Below, one piece after another: positions 1 to 14,111 of a stretch of DNA of 64,000 nt. Under the pieces are notes generated by a model. The model had not been told where the DNA came from, searched no databases, and worked only from the letters and a program-made list of their open reading frames with translations. Position 1 is the stretch's first letter. Every line of letters begins with the position of its first letter. The DNA comes from Heptranchias perlo. Taxonomy: Eukaryota. Location: positions 39,060,001 to 39,124,000 of the forward strand of contig NC_090331.1 of the NCBI RefSeq assembly GCF_035084215.1. The letters run 5' to 3'. The position numbers were made by a program, and so were the translations under genes.

Positions 1-1420
1 GGGAGTGGTGCCAGAGGACTGGAAAATTGCAAATGTTACACCCTTGTTCAAAAAAGGGTGTAATGATAAATCCAGCAACTACAGGCCAGTCAGTTTAACC
101 TTGGTGGTGGGGAAACTTTTAGAAACGATAATCCGGGACAGAATTAGCAGTCACTTGGACAAGTGTGGATTGATTAGGAAAAGCCAGCACGGATTTGTTA
201 AAGGCAAATCAGGTTTAACTAACCTGATGGAGTTTTTTGATGAGGTAACAGAGAGAGTAGATGAGGACAATGCAGTTGATGTAGTATATATGGACTTTCA
301 AAAGGTGTTTGATAAAGTGCCACATGGATTAAGGGGGCAGTAGCAACAGGGATGCAGAATTGGCCAAGGGACAGGGAACAGACTGTAGTGGTGAACGGTT
401 GTTTTTCAGACTGGAAGGAGGTGTTCCCCAGGGGTCGGTGCTGGGACCACTGTTTTTCTTGATATATATTAATGACTTGGACTTGGGTGTACAAGGCACA
501 ATGACACAAAACTTGGAAGAATGGTAAACAGTGAGGAGGATAGTGATAGACTTCAAGAGGATATTGACAGGTGGGTGGCATGGGCAGCCATGTGGCAGAT
601 TAAATTTAACACAGAAAAATGCGAAGTGATACATTTCGGTAAGAAGAACGAGGAGAGGCAACATAAACTAGAGGACACAACTCTAAAAGGGATTCAGGAA
701 GAGAGAGATCTTGGGGTATATGTGCACAAATCGTTGAAGGTGGCAGGGCATGTTGAGAAAGCGGTTACAAAAGCATACAGGATCCTGGGCTTTATAAATA
801 GAGGCATAGAGTACAAAAGTATGGAAGTCATGTTGAACCTTTATAAAACACTGGTTTGGCCACAACTGGAGTATTGTGTCCAGTTCTGGGCACTGCACTT
901 TAGGAAGGATATGAAATCCTTAGAGGGTGCAAGACAGATTTACTAGAATGATTCCAAGGATGAGGGACTTTAGTTACTTGGATAGACTGGAGAAGCTGGG
1001 GTTGTTCTCCTTGGAACAGAGACGGTTGCGAAAAGATTTGATAGAGGTATTTAAAATCATGAAGGGTCTGGACAGAGTAGATACAGAGAAACTGTTCCTA
1101 TTGGCGGCAGGATCAAGAACCAGAGGACATAGATTTAAGGTGATTGGCAAAAGAACCAAAGGTGACAAGAGGATAAACTTTTTTTTTTACACAGCAAGTG
1201 GTTAGGATCTGGAATGCACTGCCTGAGGGGGTGGTGGAGGCAGATTCAATTATGGCCTTCAAAAGGGAACTGGATAAGTACTTGAAAGGCAAAAATTTGC
1301 AGGGCTACGGAGATAGGGCGGGGGAGTGGGACTAGCTGGATTGCTGTTGCATAGAGCCGGCGTGGAGTCGATGGGCTAAATGGCCTCCTTCGGTGCTGTA
1401 ACCTTTCTATGATTCTATGA
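1..1420 (+). mobile_element. CR1 LINE, degraded RT and 3' end (ATTCTATG-tail family)
   Basis: Broken ORFs with NYRPVSLT, QHGF, DFQKVFDKVPH and LEYCVQFW. Ends in ttctatgattctatga. Confidence 0.9.
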
Positions 1421-1674
1421 ATTTCTTCACTCAGAGGCTTGTGAATCTTTGGAATTCTCTACCCCAGGGTCTGTTGTTGCTCAGTCGTTGAGTATATTCA
1501 AAACTGGAGATCGATAGATTTTTGGACTTTAAGGGAATCAAGAGTTATGGGGATCCGGCAGGAAAGTGGAGTTGAGGTCGAAGATCAGCCATGATCTTAT
1601 TAAATGGTGGAGCAGGCTCGAGGGGCCATATGGCTTACTCCTGCTCCTATTTCTTATGTTCTTATGTTCTTATG
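1421..1674 (+). mobile_element. CR1 LINE 3' end (TTCTTATG-tail family)
   Basis: ggagcagg...cctgctcc hairpin and (ttcttatg)3 tail. Directly abuts the tail of the preceding CR1. Confidence 0.85.
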
Positions 1675-2461
1675 ACAACAAACCTCATTGACAGTTTACC
1701 TGCATGATGTATTTTGGGATAAACATATTTTAGGCATAAGATTTGTATTTGTGATTGTTTAAAATGGTTTAATGATCTGAACAAATTGTTAATAGCCTCT
1801 TTTCTGCTGAGTCAATTACCACTCCACTCCCACACAGATATAAATGCATTGTGAGACTGCTGAACAGCACACAGCTAAAAAAAAATCAGATGGCTCTTCT
1901 GCTCAAAAATAGTGCCTGCCAGTGCTAATTATGAAATGGTGGATTTCTACAGTGTGCATGTTGCACTGATGCAGAAACAGTTTGCAATGTCAGATTTGTT
2001 TCTCGAGATTGAATTCTTTGAGAATATGGCTGACTCTCTCTCAGTCTAAATTTTTCATGCTATATATAACATCTTTAATGCATGCATTGATGAAACAGGA
2101 AGAGTAATCTTGCAGCACTACTAAAGCTCTATTGTAAGTAATGGTTATTCTCTGGAGAGCTACTAATATGCTGCAGTCTGCCTTTTCTGAATATTGCAGT
2201 GCATTCCATATTCTCAGCCTACAGTGTGTGGGCAGATGATTCATACTGAAGCATCTTTCATCCTGTATCTGGCATAAACATCCTGAGAAATCCTTTAATG
2301 TTCATCAATTTGGGAATGAGGTAACGTTTTTTAATAATCAGACTTGAACATAATGGGAATAGATGATTAAATCTTTGCTCCTGCTTTGAAACTAGAGGTT
2401 TTTTTTTAAAAAGATTTACTGGAGATCAATTTGTATATACAGAATAGCATTTTAACACTAC

Positions 2462-4860
2462 ACAGGAACAGGAGTAGTTCTTTTAGCCTCTCGAGCCTGT
2501 TCCACCATTCAATTAGATCATGGCTGATCTGTATCCTAACTCCATCTACCCACCTTGGTCACTTTACCCTTAATACCCTTGCCTAACAAAAATCTATCAA
2601 TCTCAGTATTGATATTTTCAATTGGCCCAGCCTCAATGGTTATTTTTTTTGGGGGGGGTGCGGGAATAAAGAGTTCCAGATTTCCACTATCCTTTGTGTG
2701 AAGAAATGCTTTCTGACATCACCCCTGAATGGCCTAGCTCTAATTTTAAGGTTATGCCTCCCACCAGAAGAAATACTTTCTCTCCATCTACCCTATCAAA
2801 TTCTTTAACATCAAACACTTCAATTAAATCACCCCTTAGTCTTCTAAGTTCAAGGGAACACAAGCCTCGTCGATGCAACCTGTCCTCATAATTTAACCCT
2901 TCTAGCAACTCCAACAACACTCAAGAAGCTCGACACCATCCAGGACAAAACAGCCCACTTGATTAGCACCTCATCCATCACCCTAAACACTCACTCCCTT
3001 CACCACCGGTGCACCGTGGTTGCAGTGTGTACCATCCACAGGATGCACTGCAGCAACTCGCCAAGGCTTCTTCGACAGCACCTGCCAAACCCACGACCTC
3101 TACCACCTAGAAGGACAAGGGTAGCAGGCACATGGGAACAACACCACCTGCACGTTCCCCTCCAAGTCACACACCATCCCAACTTGGAAATATCGCCGTT
3201 CCTTCATCGTCACTGGGTCAAAATCCTGGAACTCTCTACCTAACAGCACTGTGGGAGAACCTTCACCACACGGACTGCAGCAGTTCAAGAAGGCGGCTCA
3301 CCACCACCTTCTCAAGGGCAATTAGGGATGGGCAATAAATGCTGGCCTTGCCAGCGATGCCCACATCCCATGCACGAATAAAAAAAAGCCCCTGTATCAT
3401 TCTGGTGAATCTGCACTGCACCCCCTCCAAGGCCAATACATCCTTCCTGAGGTACGGTGCCCAGAACTGAATGCAGTGCTCCAGATGGGATCTAACCAGA
3501 GCTCTGTACAGCTGCAACATAACTTCCATCCCTTTTTATCCCAGCCCTCTTGAGAGAAAGGCCAACATTCCATTAGCCTTTTTAATTATTTTTTGTATCT
3601 GTTCACTAGCTTTTAGTGATTTCTGTACTTGGACCCCTAAATCTCTCTGCTCATCCACAGTACCTAGCTTCTTGCCAGTTAGAAAATACTCAGATCTATC
3701 TTTCTCAGATCCAAAGTGGATGACCTCACACTTTTCTACATTGAACTCCATCTGCCACAGTTTTGCCCACTCACTTAATCTGGCAACATCCCTTTGCAAA
3801 TTTTTGTTCTCATCTACACTATTTACTGTGCTACCTAAGCAACCTTAGATATACGGCTCTCTATTCCTTCATCCAAATCATTTATAAATATAGTGAAAAG
3901 CTGTTGCCCCAGTACAGATCCTTGGGGGACACCACTAGTCACATCCTGCCAATTTGAATAAATACCCATTATTCCTACTTTCTTTCTCCTCCCTCCTAAC
4001 CAATTCCCTATCCAAGCCAATAGGTTGCCTCCAATTCTATGCGCACTCATTTTTGTTAACAGTCTCTTATGTGGAATCTTGTTGAATGCCTTCTGGAAGT
4101 CCATATAAATAACATCCTTAGATACTCCCTCATCTACCATGTTAGTTACCGCCTCAAAAAATTCAACTAGGTTTATTAGATGTGACTTACCCTTCACAAA
4201 TCCACGCTGGCTCTCTCTGATCTGCTCGTATCAGTCCAAATATTCAGTCATTCTGATCCTAATAACAGATTCCCAACTGAAGTAAAACTAATAGGCCTAT
4301 AATTTCCTAGTTTACCTCTCTTACCGTTCTTAAACAGTGGAGTGACATTGGCAATTTTTCAATTCCTGAATCGAGTGTATTTTGCAATATCATGACGAAC
4401 GCATCAACAATTTCCTCACCTACTTCTTTTAATATACTGGGGTGAAAACCATTGGGTCCTGGATATTTGTCTATCTTTAATAACATTAGGTTTCTCCATC
4501 ACCATGTTTTTATTTATATTGAATCGAGTTAGTTCCTCCTGCTGATTTATTTTTAGTTTTCTTTGTATCTCTGGTTTTTATAATCATCTTCTACTGTGAA
4601 GACCGATACAAAGTAGCTATTTTGTCAGTCTGCTATTTTCTGATTTCCAATTACAATATAACTGCGTCTGTCATTAAGGGACTCACATTACTCTTAGCCA
4701 CCCTCTTTCTCTTAATATATTTGTAAAAACCTTTAGTGTTGTCCTTGATATCCCTCACAAGCTTTTTCTCATATTCCCTTTCTGCAGCTCTGACTACTTT
4801 CTTTGTAACCATTTGCTGTTCTTTATATCTCTTCAGTCCAGGGGATCTCTACTGTTCTTT
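2462..4860 (-). mobile_element. CR1 LINE fragment, interrupted at 2905-3388
   Basis: Minus-strand ORF pieces [23 protein letters not shown] and LRGDLIEVF. 3' hairpin near 2465-2500. Confidence 0.88.
2905..3388 (+). mobile_element. 3' fragment of a different non-LTR retrotransposon (CR1/L2 supergroup) with A tail
   Basis: RT C-terminal-like text (SLHHRCTVVAVCTIHRMHC) ending gctggccttgccagcgatgcccacatcccatgcacgaataaaaaaaa. The host CR1 is collinear across it. Confidence 0.75.
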
Positions 4861-7151
4861 GCCAAGAAAAAATATTTGCAAGTCCATTTTACAATAAAGA
4901 CCATATGCAGGTTGGATTTTATGAAGCTGCAGAAGGTTCGCTTACTTAAGACTCACACTTTTCCGGCTGGACAATCAGCTATTAATTTAAGTGTACACTT
5001 GATATGCCTTCTCTTAAACTCTTACATGCAGTAAACAAATATCCATTTAGACTCAAAACCATGCAGTGTGTTTTTGAGGCTGAAACATCACTGAAATAGG
5101 AAAAGGAATTTAACTCGATAATGAAAATCAACTAATTCACCTGGTCAGTCACATGGTAGGGTGGGCAAGGTTGAAAATCAAAATCCAGGTCTTGACAGAC
5201 AGTAGTAACCAAATTGATCAGCCCTCATCATGGGAATTCATTCATTAGCGGACGAGGTGGGGACAGAAGGCAAAGAAAGAAGTGGAGGGGTGACATGAGG
5301 TCCTTCATCTAGTAATCTAAATGAGAATCAATAAAAATCACCCATTGGGAATAGTTGAACTGGATTTACACTCTACCAACGTAGGGAATCTCCATCAGTC
5401 TTTAAAGTTACAGTCACTTTACAACTTGATATTCATTGGTGTGCATCCTCTACTAAATAAGTCACACCTCTTTTACAGAATGTTATGGAATCTTTAGTTT
5501 ATTTCCCACTTTTTCTATAAATCACTCACTTTAACATTATATTTTCCAAATAATCTGTTAATCTTACAGTACTTTGGTTTTGCCAATTCAAATTGTTTTC
5601 CATTTGCTTTTTCTTCTTTTAAACTTGCAGTGGAGGCCAAGGACATCACACCACTGCTCAAAAGCAGCACGTCCTTGTTTTACATCTACCCAAGTTAACT
5701 AAAAATAAAATGCTTCATTAAAACATAGGAACAGGAGTAGGCCATTCAGCCCCTCATACTTGCTCCGCCAATGATAAGATCATGGCTGATCTGTGACCTT
5801 GCTCCCTAACTCAAATAAAGAATTTAGAAATGGGGACAAAAATTACTAGTTAAACTCTCAGGAATATTGAGATAATGATCATAAGATGCATTTGTTTGTA
5901 GGTAAATTTGAAATTTTCTTGCCGGCTGCTGCTTGGGCATTTTGACTTACTGTAATAGACATTTGCAGCAAATGTATATATGGAGATACAATTATATATC
6001 ATTAAAAAAAATTTTTTTTTAAAAAGGGGATTATGAGGACATTTTATTGGACATGCACAGTTGTATTCAACCCTCTGTGTAGATGTGAAAGTGTGTAAGG
6101 GATCCTGAGAAACATACTAATTGCCATCTGTTTGTTACTAGAAAACACTGGCTTTAGGGGCTAATGGTTTTTTCTGTCTTTCTCAGTGGTATGTTTTTTC
6201 TTTAAAAAGTGAAACGTACAGTAAATTCCGCAGATTTCTAGAAAATTGAAAAGCTGGTCTGACATAATTGCATGAGATGTAATGCAACTGCATTAGTGTG
6301 CGGTTGACTTTTTAAACTTTATATTTAAATGTTTTAAAGAAACACACTACACTAATTCTACGAAAGAGCTGATTAACCATGTTCTTTGCACTCACTGGAA
6401 AGCTTACCAGTCTATTTTGCATCCACAGAGATGTTGTTTTCTTTCAACTCCACTGCATTATTTGGAAGGCCATACTATCTCAAGAGGACAGTGATCAACC
6501 ATAGGAAAGTGAAGAACCCTCTGGCGATGGGAAATCCTCAGTAGTTACTGAACACATCACTTAGGAATAGAATCCACACTGTGCTACTGAATGGCACGAG
6601 CATCCTTTACCTGTCACAGAATACTCCACAAGCTGTTCCCTGGCTACAATAAACATGCTCCTGGATCTGCAACAGAAGATAAAGGACATTTCATACATAC
6701 AGTGCAGGCCCTTTTACACCCTGCCCTTACCATCCAAAAGCTTTATGTAGGAGGGTACTGCATGTATCTGTTCAAGCAGACTACTGACAATGTCCATATC
6801 GATATCTGATTCAGAGTCACTCAGCGGTATACTGGTTTGATCAAATACCTTACACTTGTTCAATTGGGAGCTGATGAACTCTTTTGTCAACCTGTTTGCC
6901 ACAAACGTTCACAATCAGTAACCCTCCTACATATTGCTCCTGGATCTTGACATTCAGGACTTCGAGTCATTTGCTGGCTTTTCTGCAGGGGTGCATAGTC
7001 CAGCATCTGTATTACTTTGTATCTGTATCTTTATCCGAATGAACGCTTTGCTTGTCAGTGTCTTTTTTGGAACAACAAATTGGGCAATGCTCAAATAGCA
7101 CTTCAAATCATTGTCAGCAATTTTGTCATCTCTGAATCTTACAAAGACACT

Positions 7152-7342
7152 GGGGTAAGTTTAACCTAACCTGCCCGGTGAGAAACTGACAGGATTGGGT
7201 TGACCCACACCCGCCGAATATACTCTACCCCATTTTACTCTCCACTACCTTCAATGGGGAGTAAAATCGGGCAGGGTGTGAAATGGACAGCTGACCCCAT
7301 CCCGTCAGTTTCCCACCAGGCGGGTTAGGTTAAAATTACCCC
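7152..7342. mobile_element. Hairpin MITE (GGGGTAA...TTACCCC termini)
   Basis: ggggtaagtttaacctaacctgcccggtgagaaactgac pairs with gtcagtttcccaccaggcgggttaggttaaaattacccc. Confidence 0.75.
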
Positions 7343-10229
7343 CAGATTTGTTATAGCTTTTCCAACATGAGGTTGTCTTGACTTATGCTAGTTATAACAG
7401 CAAATAGTTCACCCATGTAAATGAAGTGCATATATCCATTTTTCATATGTACATATAATTTGATATAAAAAGAGTTTTCATGATGCTATTCATCAATATT
7501 TGCATGACACCTCTGTATGGTATGCCAATTTTTTTAAGTTTTCATCTTCTGCACTATGATGGTGAATAAATAATTGTACTGTGGTACAGCCATAATTGTA
7601 ACAAATACAGAAATTTGGTCCTGTGTATTTTTGTAAATGACTTAGTCAAAATGGACACTGTGCTAGGTTTACACCCATTGCCTCAATATCGGAGAATAGA
7701 CAATTAATTTTGATCAGGAATTACTTAAGACAAAGACATGCTTTGATCTAATTAGGAATTAGGTTGTGCACTATAGGTTATTGTGAGCTAGAGTTGTAAC
7801 TGATGATTGAGGACTTAAATTCCATACAACGTGTTTTTACCTTTTTAGTAGCAGTTCACTGGATCGCCCTCAGTAATGACTGTGCATTACCACCAAAGTC
7901 AAATTTCACCCCCATAGAATTCCATGAACATTTGGATTCATAGATCCCACATGTAATACCTTTACTTTAAGGATCCAGCTTGAGGCTGTACTCCATTTTC
8001 AAAATGATGAGAAGGGTCATCTGTTTCATCCTAAAAAAGAATTGTGTTCCAAGAAACTAAAAAAAAAGTTGGGAACAAGCTTTTCTAGACTGTTGATTTT
8101 AGCCAAAGACAGTCTAAACTTGAAAAGGGTAAATGAATGCCTTATGGTCAACAGCATCTACATTCCCATTGCTTTTTCTTAACTTTATTTGCACTTTTCT
8201 AAGCATAACACTTTAAAATTCCTTACTTACTTTGTTACTTCTCCTTCTTGACTATCATTGCAGAAGCAGAGCAACTTTCAAAGAAATTGCCAAAGGCTGG
8301 TTTTCAGCCAATCAAAATCCCAAGCACTGAATGTTGATCTCATTACATCATAGGCAGGAGCAAGTCAATCTATTACAAAAAAAAAGGTCAAAACAGGAAA
8401 ACCTACTGAATGAACTCAATATTGGCTTACAAGACAAGAGCAGATCTGGGTAAATAAAATTGTCTGTAGCATACTAAAGGCTAGATAATCAATTTCCATT
8501 AAGTTGCTTTTGTGCCTCCTGTGCAAAGTTAAGGAATGGTTTGATTATGTTCTTGCCCCAGCTACAATGCTGTGTGAAAATGTAGTAAGACAAAAGTTAA
8601 TTGGACCTGACTCCTAATAATTGATTTAAGTGGTATTTTACTTGATTAACACTACAGCTTTCTCATTGCGTCAAACCCATGTTTGTAATTGCTTATGGGC
8701 AACAATATTGCCCAGTGCACTTTTACACCTAGCCAACTATTTTCTGTACGGTAATCCATTGCTGTTTAGGTGGAAATTTACCCTACAAGGTCTTGAATAA
8801 ATGTTGTGTGTATTTCATATATGTTGATTAGATGCTTGATTGGGCTGCTGTTAATTAGCATCAAGTTATCTGACAGCAACCCAATCAGTATACCCTTAAA
8901 CATTTATAGGACAAAATGATCCCCAGATAATGAACAACAAATTCTTGGTGGATGAGATGGGTACTCCCTTGAGTACTGTAGTAAAATTTCAATAATTTAT
9001 TTAAAGATAAATAATCCCCAGAGGACACTGAAAAGAGATTCATTTTCCACTTGTTTGCTCTATTTTTGGGTCTCAAAAGGGTTAATTCAGTACAGCTGCA
9101 AGAACTCCTTCAAATCCACCAGGATTACTAATCCATGCTTATTCTATCTGAGTAATAAAACTGTGGAGTATTTAAAAATGAAATATGCAATAACTTAATA
9201 AGATTTGTAATTCTAGATGATGATGGATTTAATGCAGGATTACTGCTCATCCATATTTGTTAAATCTAGCTAACCTTCACTTCAAATTTCAGACACACAT
9301 ATTTTAGTTCTGAAATCAATAACAATACTGCTGTTACAGGTTTGTGATGTTCATGTGACAATATAACCAAGGGTATTAAATATATTTTATTCCTTTTTTT
9401 TTCTTCCTTTATGAAAATGCAGTAAATTTAATCCCACCAAATATTTTATTAACATAAATAGTTTGAAATACTTACTACAATTATAGCCTTTAAAATTGTG
9501 TTCAAACAGTAAAACAAGAGTGCAGGAGATCAAAGGCAAGGGGAGAAATCAGAAAGAAAAATTATGTCTTAGTAGTCTCTGGCATTTCAAGGCAGACGGC
9601 TACAGGGGACTTTGGTAGCAACCTGTGGACAGGCTGTTCACTCACCCTCTTGATTGCAGGTGTCAAGCGATGTGACAAAGACAAAGGGATAAAAATACCA
9701 AAAACAAAGGGAAGAACTGTGGTGTTGATTATGCTCAGTTCTGATGTGCCACACAATGAATGTACTTCAGGCTCATAGTCAAGCCTTCGAATTCTCTTCT
9801 CAGATATCAGCTTGTATAATAGAAAGTTAAAACAAGTGTAAATCAACCACCTTACAAATTTGTGCTGGTTGAATCAATATTGTGCTAAGACTCTCTGGTG
9901 AGAGGGTGAAACTTCTTGCCACTCTCTTACACATTGCCTGAATTGCCAAAAGCAACTTTATGTTTTGAGGAACGACCTCATTTGATTTTTGTAGATGAAG
10001 TATATAGACAGTCCATAGCTTTCATTTTCTAAGGTACTCTAGTTTCTGATCAGTTGAAGTCACTTGCAGTGTGGATAAAATAAAAAAATAGTAATTATTT
10101 AGAAATGCATTGAAACATATGGGAGCGATATGTTCTCTATAATCTATGCATAAAAAACTATAACTACATTTATATAGAGTATATTCATGATTTTGCTACA
10201 CATAGCTGACACAGAGCTCTCCAACTCTG

Positions 10230-10597
10230 AAAATTCACATTAGCTCCTCGCATCAAGTTTAAAATCCTCAACCTATTTTTAAAATCCCACTATGACCTCA
10301 CCCCACATACCTCTGGAGCCTCATCCAGCCTTAAGTCCCATTTCAGGCCCTTTGGCCCTCCGTTGCATCCCTTCCTCCCTCTGCTTCACTATTGGCAGCA
10401 GAAGATTCAGCAATATTAGGCCTAAATCCTTTCAACTTGCTACCTCTCTCCTCACCGTTAAAAGATTCTATTCAACCATGCTTTTGGTCAACTCTCTAAA
10501 CTTTCCTACAGCTGCTCACCATCTGTTTTTACCTTGGGACTTTGGAAGTGCCTTGGGATTTTCTCTACGTTAAGGCGTCATGAAAATATTGTTGTTA
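10230..10597 (+). mobile_element. L2-clade LINE 3' fragment, highly diverged
   Basis: Resembles 19930-20344. Ends ctacgttaaggcg...ttgttgtt. Confidence 0.6.
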
Positions 10598-11919
10598 AAC
10601 CCAGCTGCAGAGATCTCTCTATTGTTTTTCTCATAGAGATGGGGCTGGAAATACTTCAAACAGAAAGTATTCCTCTTGGACTTTCCTATGTTTAATGTGG
10701 TATTCATAAACAGGAATAAAACAAATCCTCCTGCTATTGCTAATAGCATATGGGAATTAAAAATAATTATTGAAGTGACAAATTAAGCTTCAAGGACAGA
10801 ATAATTATGAACAGCTAAGCATGATGATTTCTCATACACTCATGTTTGCAAGAAGTCTAAAGTCTGCTGATAGGATCTCAATGATTAAATATAGAATAAT
10901 GGGATGTATATCATCCTGGGTTCCGCAGTGCCAGGTCCATGGGGTTCTGTAGTTGATGGAAAAATAAATGTTCCTGTGGCAAAAAGACAGATACTCTCCC
11001 CATTAACTGAGAGAGAGCGCGTTTAATATAATGCACACATTGAATAATTGGGACTTTAATTATTGACTTTAAAATATATATATAGACCAAATTATTTCCT
11101 CATATCAATCCAATGATTTTTGCTTAATAAACTTGCAGCAATTATGTCATTATTGTGATGTCTTCATGTATGAAGAACATGGAGGAAACTGGCCAACAGT
11201 ATCTGCCCATGATAGGCACTGACAGAAGAAAAAAGACCCAAAACAGCATACAATTACCCTACAAACTTCAAATTAAAAATAATGGACACCCTGACCGATT
11301 CAAAGGATCTAATCTCACCTTGTGGTTTAATAATGGCTAAAAATTGCTCATTCTTCACCTTTTCAGTTTATGACATTGTCTGGAACTTCTCAGTGAAATT
11401 CATGACTCGTAACTACTCCTATATATATATCCAATCAAGGAAACTGGATTTAATTTTGTTGTTTTACAGGCATGCAAATCTTTTGATAAAAACTCAGGCA
11501 GATTATAAACAGCAATACTTTGTGGCCTATTTGTGCAAATCCCCAGTCCCCACACAAATGTTTTATGTTCATCCATTCAGTTGAGGACAACATAATTGTA
11601 GGGACTACATTCAGGCAGCAGGGGGAAGTGCTCAAATTGGGAGAATTTACAAAGCAAATCAATATGCTGTAAAATGTTGGCAAACTTAATGGAGAATAAT
11701 AACTACTTGGAGATGCTTTCAAGGCAGTAATCTAATTGAAAGGTTCAGAGGTTAATTCTTAACTTCTAGAGTTGCTGCCAGCAATGCCACCAATAAGACA
11801 AATAATTAACAGTCACTGGTGCAACCCATGTGCAGAATGACACTTTGCTGGACAATAATATAGTTACCATACTGCTCAGGTCAGTGGCAAATAACAGACT
11901 AATCAGCAGGGAAATAGTC

Positions 11920-12668
11920 TTTTGACCACCACCACAAACTTTGTTTCCTCTCGACCAATTCCATCCCCCTCCCTGGCCATTGTCTCAGGCTGAACCGGAC
12001 TATTTGCAGTCTTGGTGTTGAGTTTCCAACCTCCGTCACAAAGACTGTCTACTTCCACCTCCGTAACATTGCCTGCCTCTGCCTCTCCCTCTGCCTTAGC
12101 CCATCTGCCGCTGAAAACCTCACTGATGCCTTTGTCACCTCCAGACTCAACTATTCCAATGTTCTCCTGGCTGGCCTCTCATCTTCCACCCTCCGTAAAG
12201 TTTAGCTCATCCAAAACTGCTGCCTGTTTCCTATCTCGCATCATGTCCCATTCACCCATCACTCCTGTCCTCGCTGACCTACATTTGTTCCCAGTCCCCC
12301 AATTTAAAATTCCCATCTTTGAGTTTAACTCCCTTCATGGCCTTTCTCTGTAACCTCATCCAGGCCTACAACCATCTAAGAACTCTCCATTCCTCTGATT
12401 CTGGCCTTTAGTGCATCTCCCCCTCCTTCACCCCATCATTGGCATCCATGCCTTCAGTTGTCTAGGCACGACACTCTAGAATTCCATTCCTAAACCCCTT
12501 TGCCGCCACCTTTAAGGCACTTCTTAAAACTCACCTCTTTGACCAAGCTTTTGGTCACCTCTCCTAACTTCTTTGTCTCAGCATCCATTTTTGTCTGATT
12601 ATGGCTTTGTGAAAAGCCTTGGGATGTTTGTTTCCATTAAAGGTGCTATATAAATTTAAGTTGTTGTT
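11920..12668 (+). mobile_element. L2-clade LINE 3' fragment
   Basis: gctgaaaacctc...gcctttgtcacctccagactcaactattcc (AFVTSRL.Y). Tail ataaatttaagttgttgtt. Confidence 0.8.
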
Positions 12669-13395
12669 ATAACATTACTGAACTGCCTTTGTAACCCAGT
12701 TACTTATTTCATCAATTAAACCATCTACCAATAATTTGCATATTCAATGTTAAAGTGCTGCTAATTATGATTCTAAGGTTAATAAACAATTGTTCATTCA
12801 TGACTTTGTTGTCTGAATTGTTCTTTGATAATCAGCAAGGACTACTTCATTCACTCAGTAGCTTGTGCAGATCCTATAGGAGGATGGTAGTGTAAATGCT
12901 CATATAATCCAAACCGTTTGATCTAAAACAGTTCAGCTAGCCAAATTTGGGCATCATTCACTCCTAGGCATAAACTCGGTGGTAAACTCCAAACAGTTCC
13001 TTAACGATGAGATAAGCTGAATGGATTAGGATTCATCTGGTAGCCTTGATAAATATTCTTGTCCGGGTATAGATCCCAGTGTTATTACATACTGCACTAA
13101 ATACTTTGAACAGGACATTTTTACAGGATTTGAAGTCCTGATTGGGACTATTTGGTCTGTGACGACACAGACCAGATGTACCTCAGAAACTGTGCCCAGC
13201 ACCAGTGGACTGTAAGGAGATGTCACTGTCTATTCGGAGAATGGCAATGAACCAGTTTCCTTAATACCTCCTCCAATACCTTCACATGAAAGATCTACAA
13301 ACTTGGCATTGGTAATTCTTTTCTACCGCAACTGCTAAACTGCCAGAAAATGATTCCTCCGCGACAGCAGCTACCCTGAGCTAAGAGTAACATCA

Positions 13396-13760
13396 GGGGC
13401 ATGATTTTAGCATGGAGCCGGGAACTGAGCAGCTGGGTAGATTATCGCATGGAAATCAAGTGAACGCACTGGAATCTGTGATCGCAACTCAACTGAAGGA
13501 AATTGATTTTACTTCCGGGTTTCCTGTGCAACAACCAGCCAGGTTGACAGGCTGGCTGCCGGGGATTGGATGCCAGGTATGAGATCAGGAGGGGAGTGGG
13601 GGGTCAGAGGCATCGCAGGGGCTGGTGGGGAGGGGTCAGCCATTGGGGGGGGGGGGTTCTCAGCCGTTGGGAGGGGGCGTTTCAGCCATTAGAGTGGTCT
13701 CGGCCAACGGTGAGGGCTCAGGATGAATGTTAGTTTGAATCCTAACCAGCAATTTCTGAG
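13396..13760 (+). mobile_element. Non-autonomous DNA-transposon-like fragment related to 40909-41100
   Basis: Shares gatcgcaac...ttccgggtttc...ttgacaggctggctgccg and a G-rich interior. Confidence 0.55.
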
Positions 13761-13959
13761 ATGGGGGTGGTTGGGGGGTGAATGAGAGTTTGTATTCCAA
13801 AGCCAGAATTTCTGCTCAGTGGTGGGGAGGAGAAGGTTTGTTGTCCTATCATGGATTTCCACGGATGTTTTCTCTTTGCTGGTTACACATCTTTAAGGCA
13901 CTTCCTTATGTTTACAAAGAACTTTAGGCTTTTTATTACTGACTGTATATTGGTGGGGA

Positions 13960-14111
13960 GAAGCCAGTAGACAACATAGATGGGTATAGAGGGATATGGG
14001 CCAAGTGCAGGCAATTGGGACTAGCTTAGTGGTATAAACTGGGCGACATGGACATGTTGGGCCGAAGGGCCTGTTTCCATGTTGTAAACTTCTATGATTC
14101 TATGATTCTAT
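13960..14111 (+). mobile_element. CR1 3' tail fragment
   Basis: gggccgaagggcctgtttcc...ttctatgattctatgattcta. Confidence 0.75.
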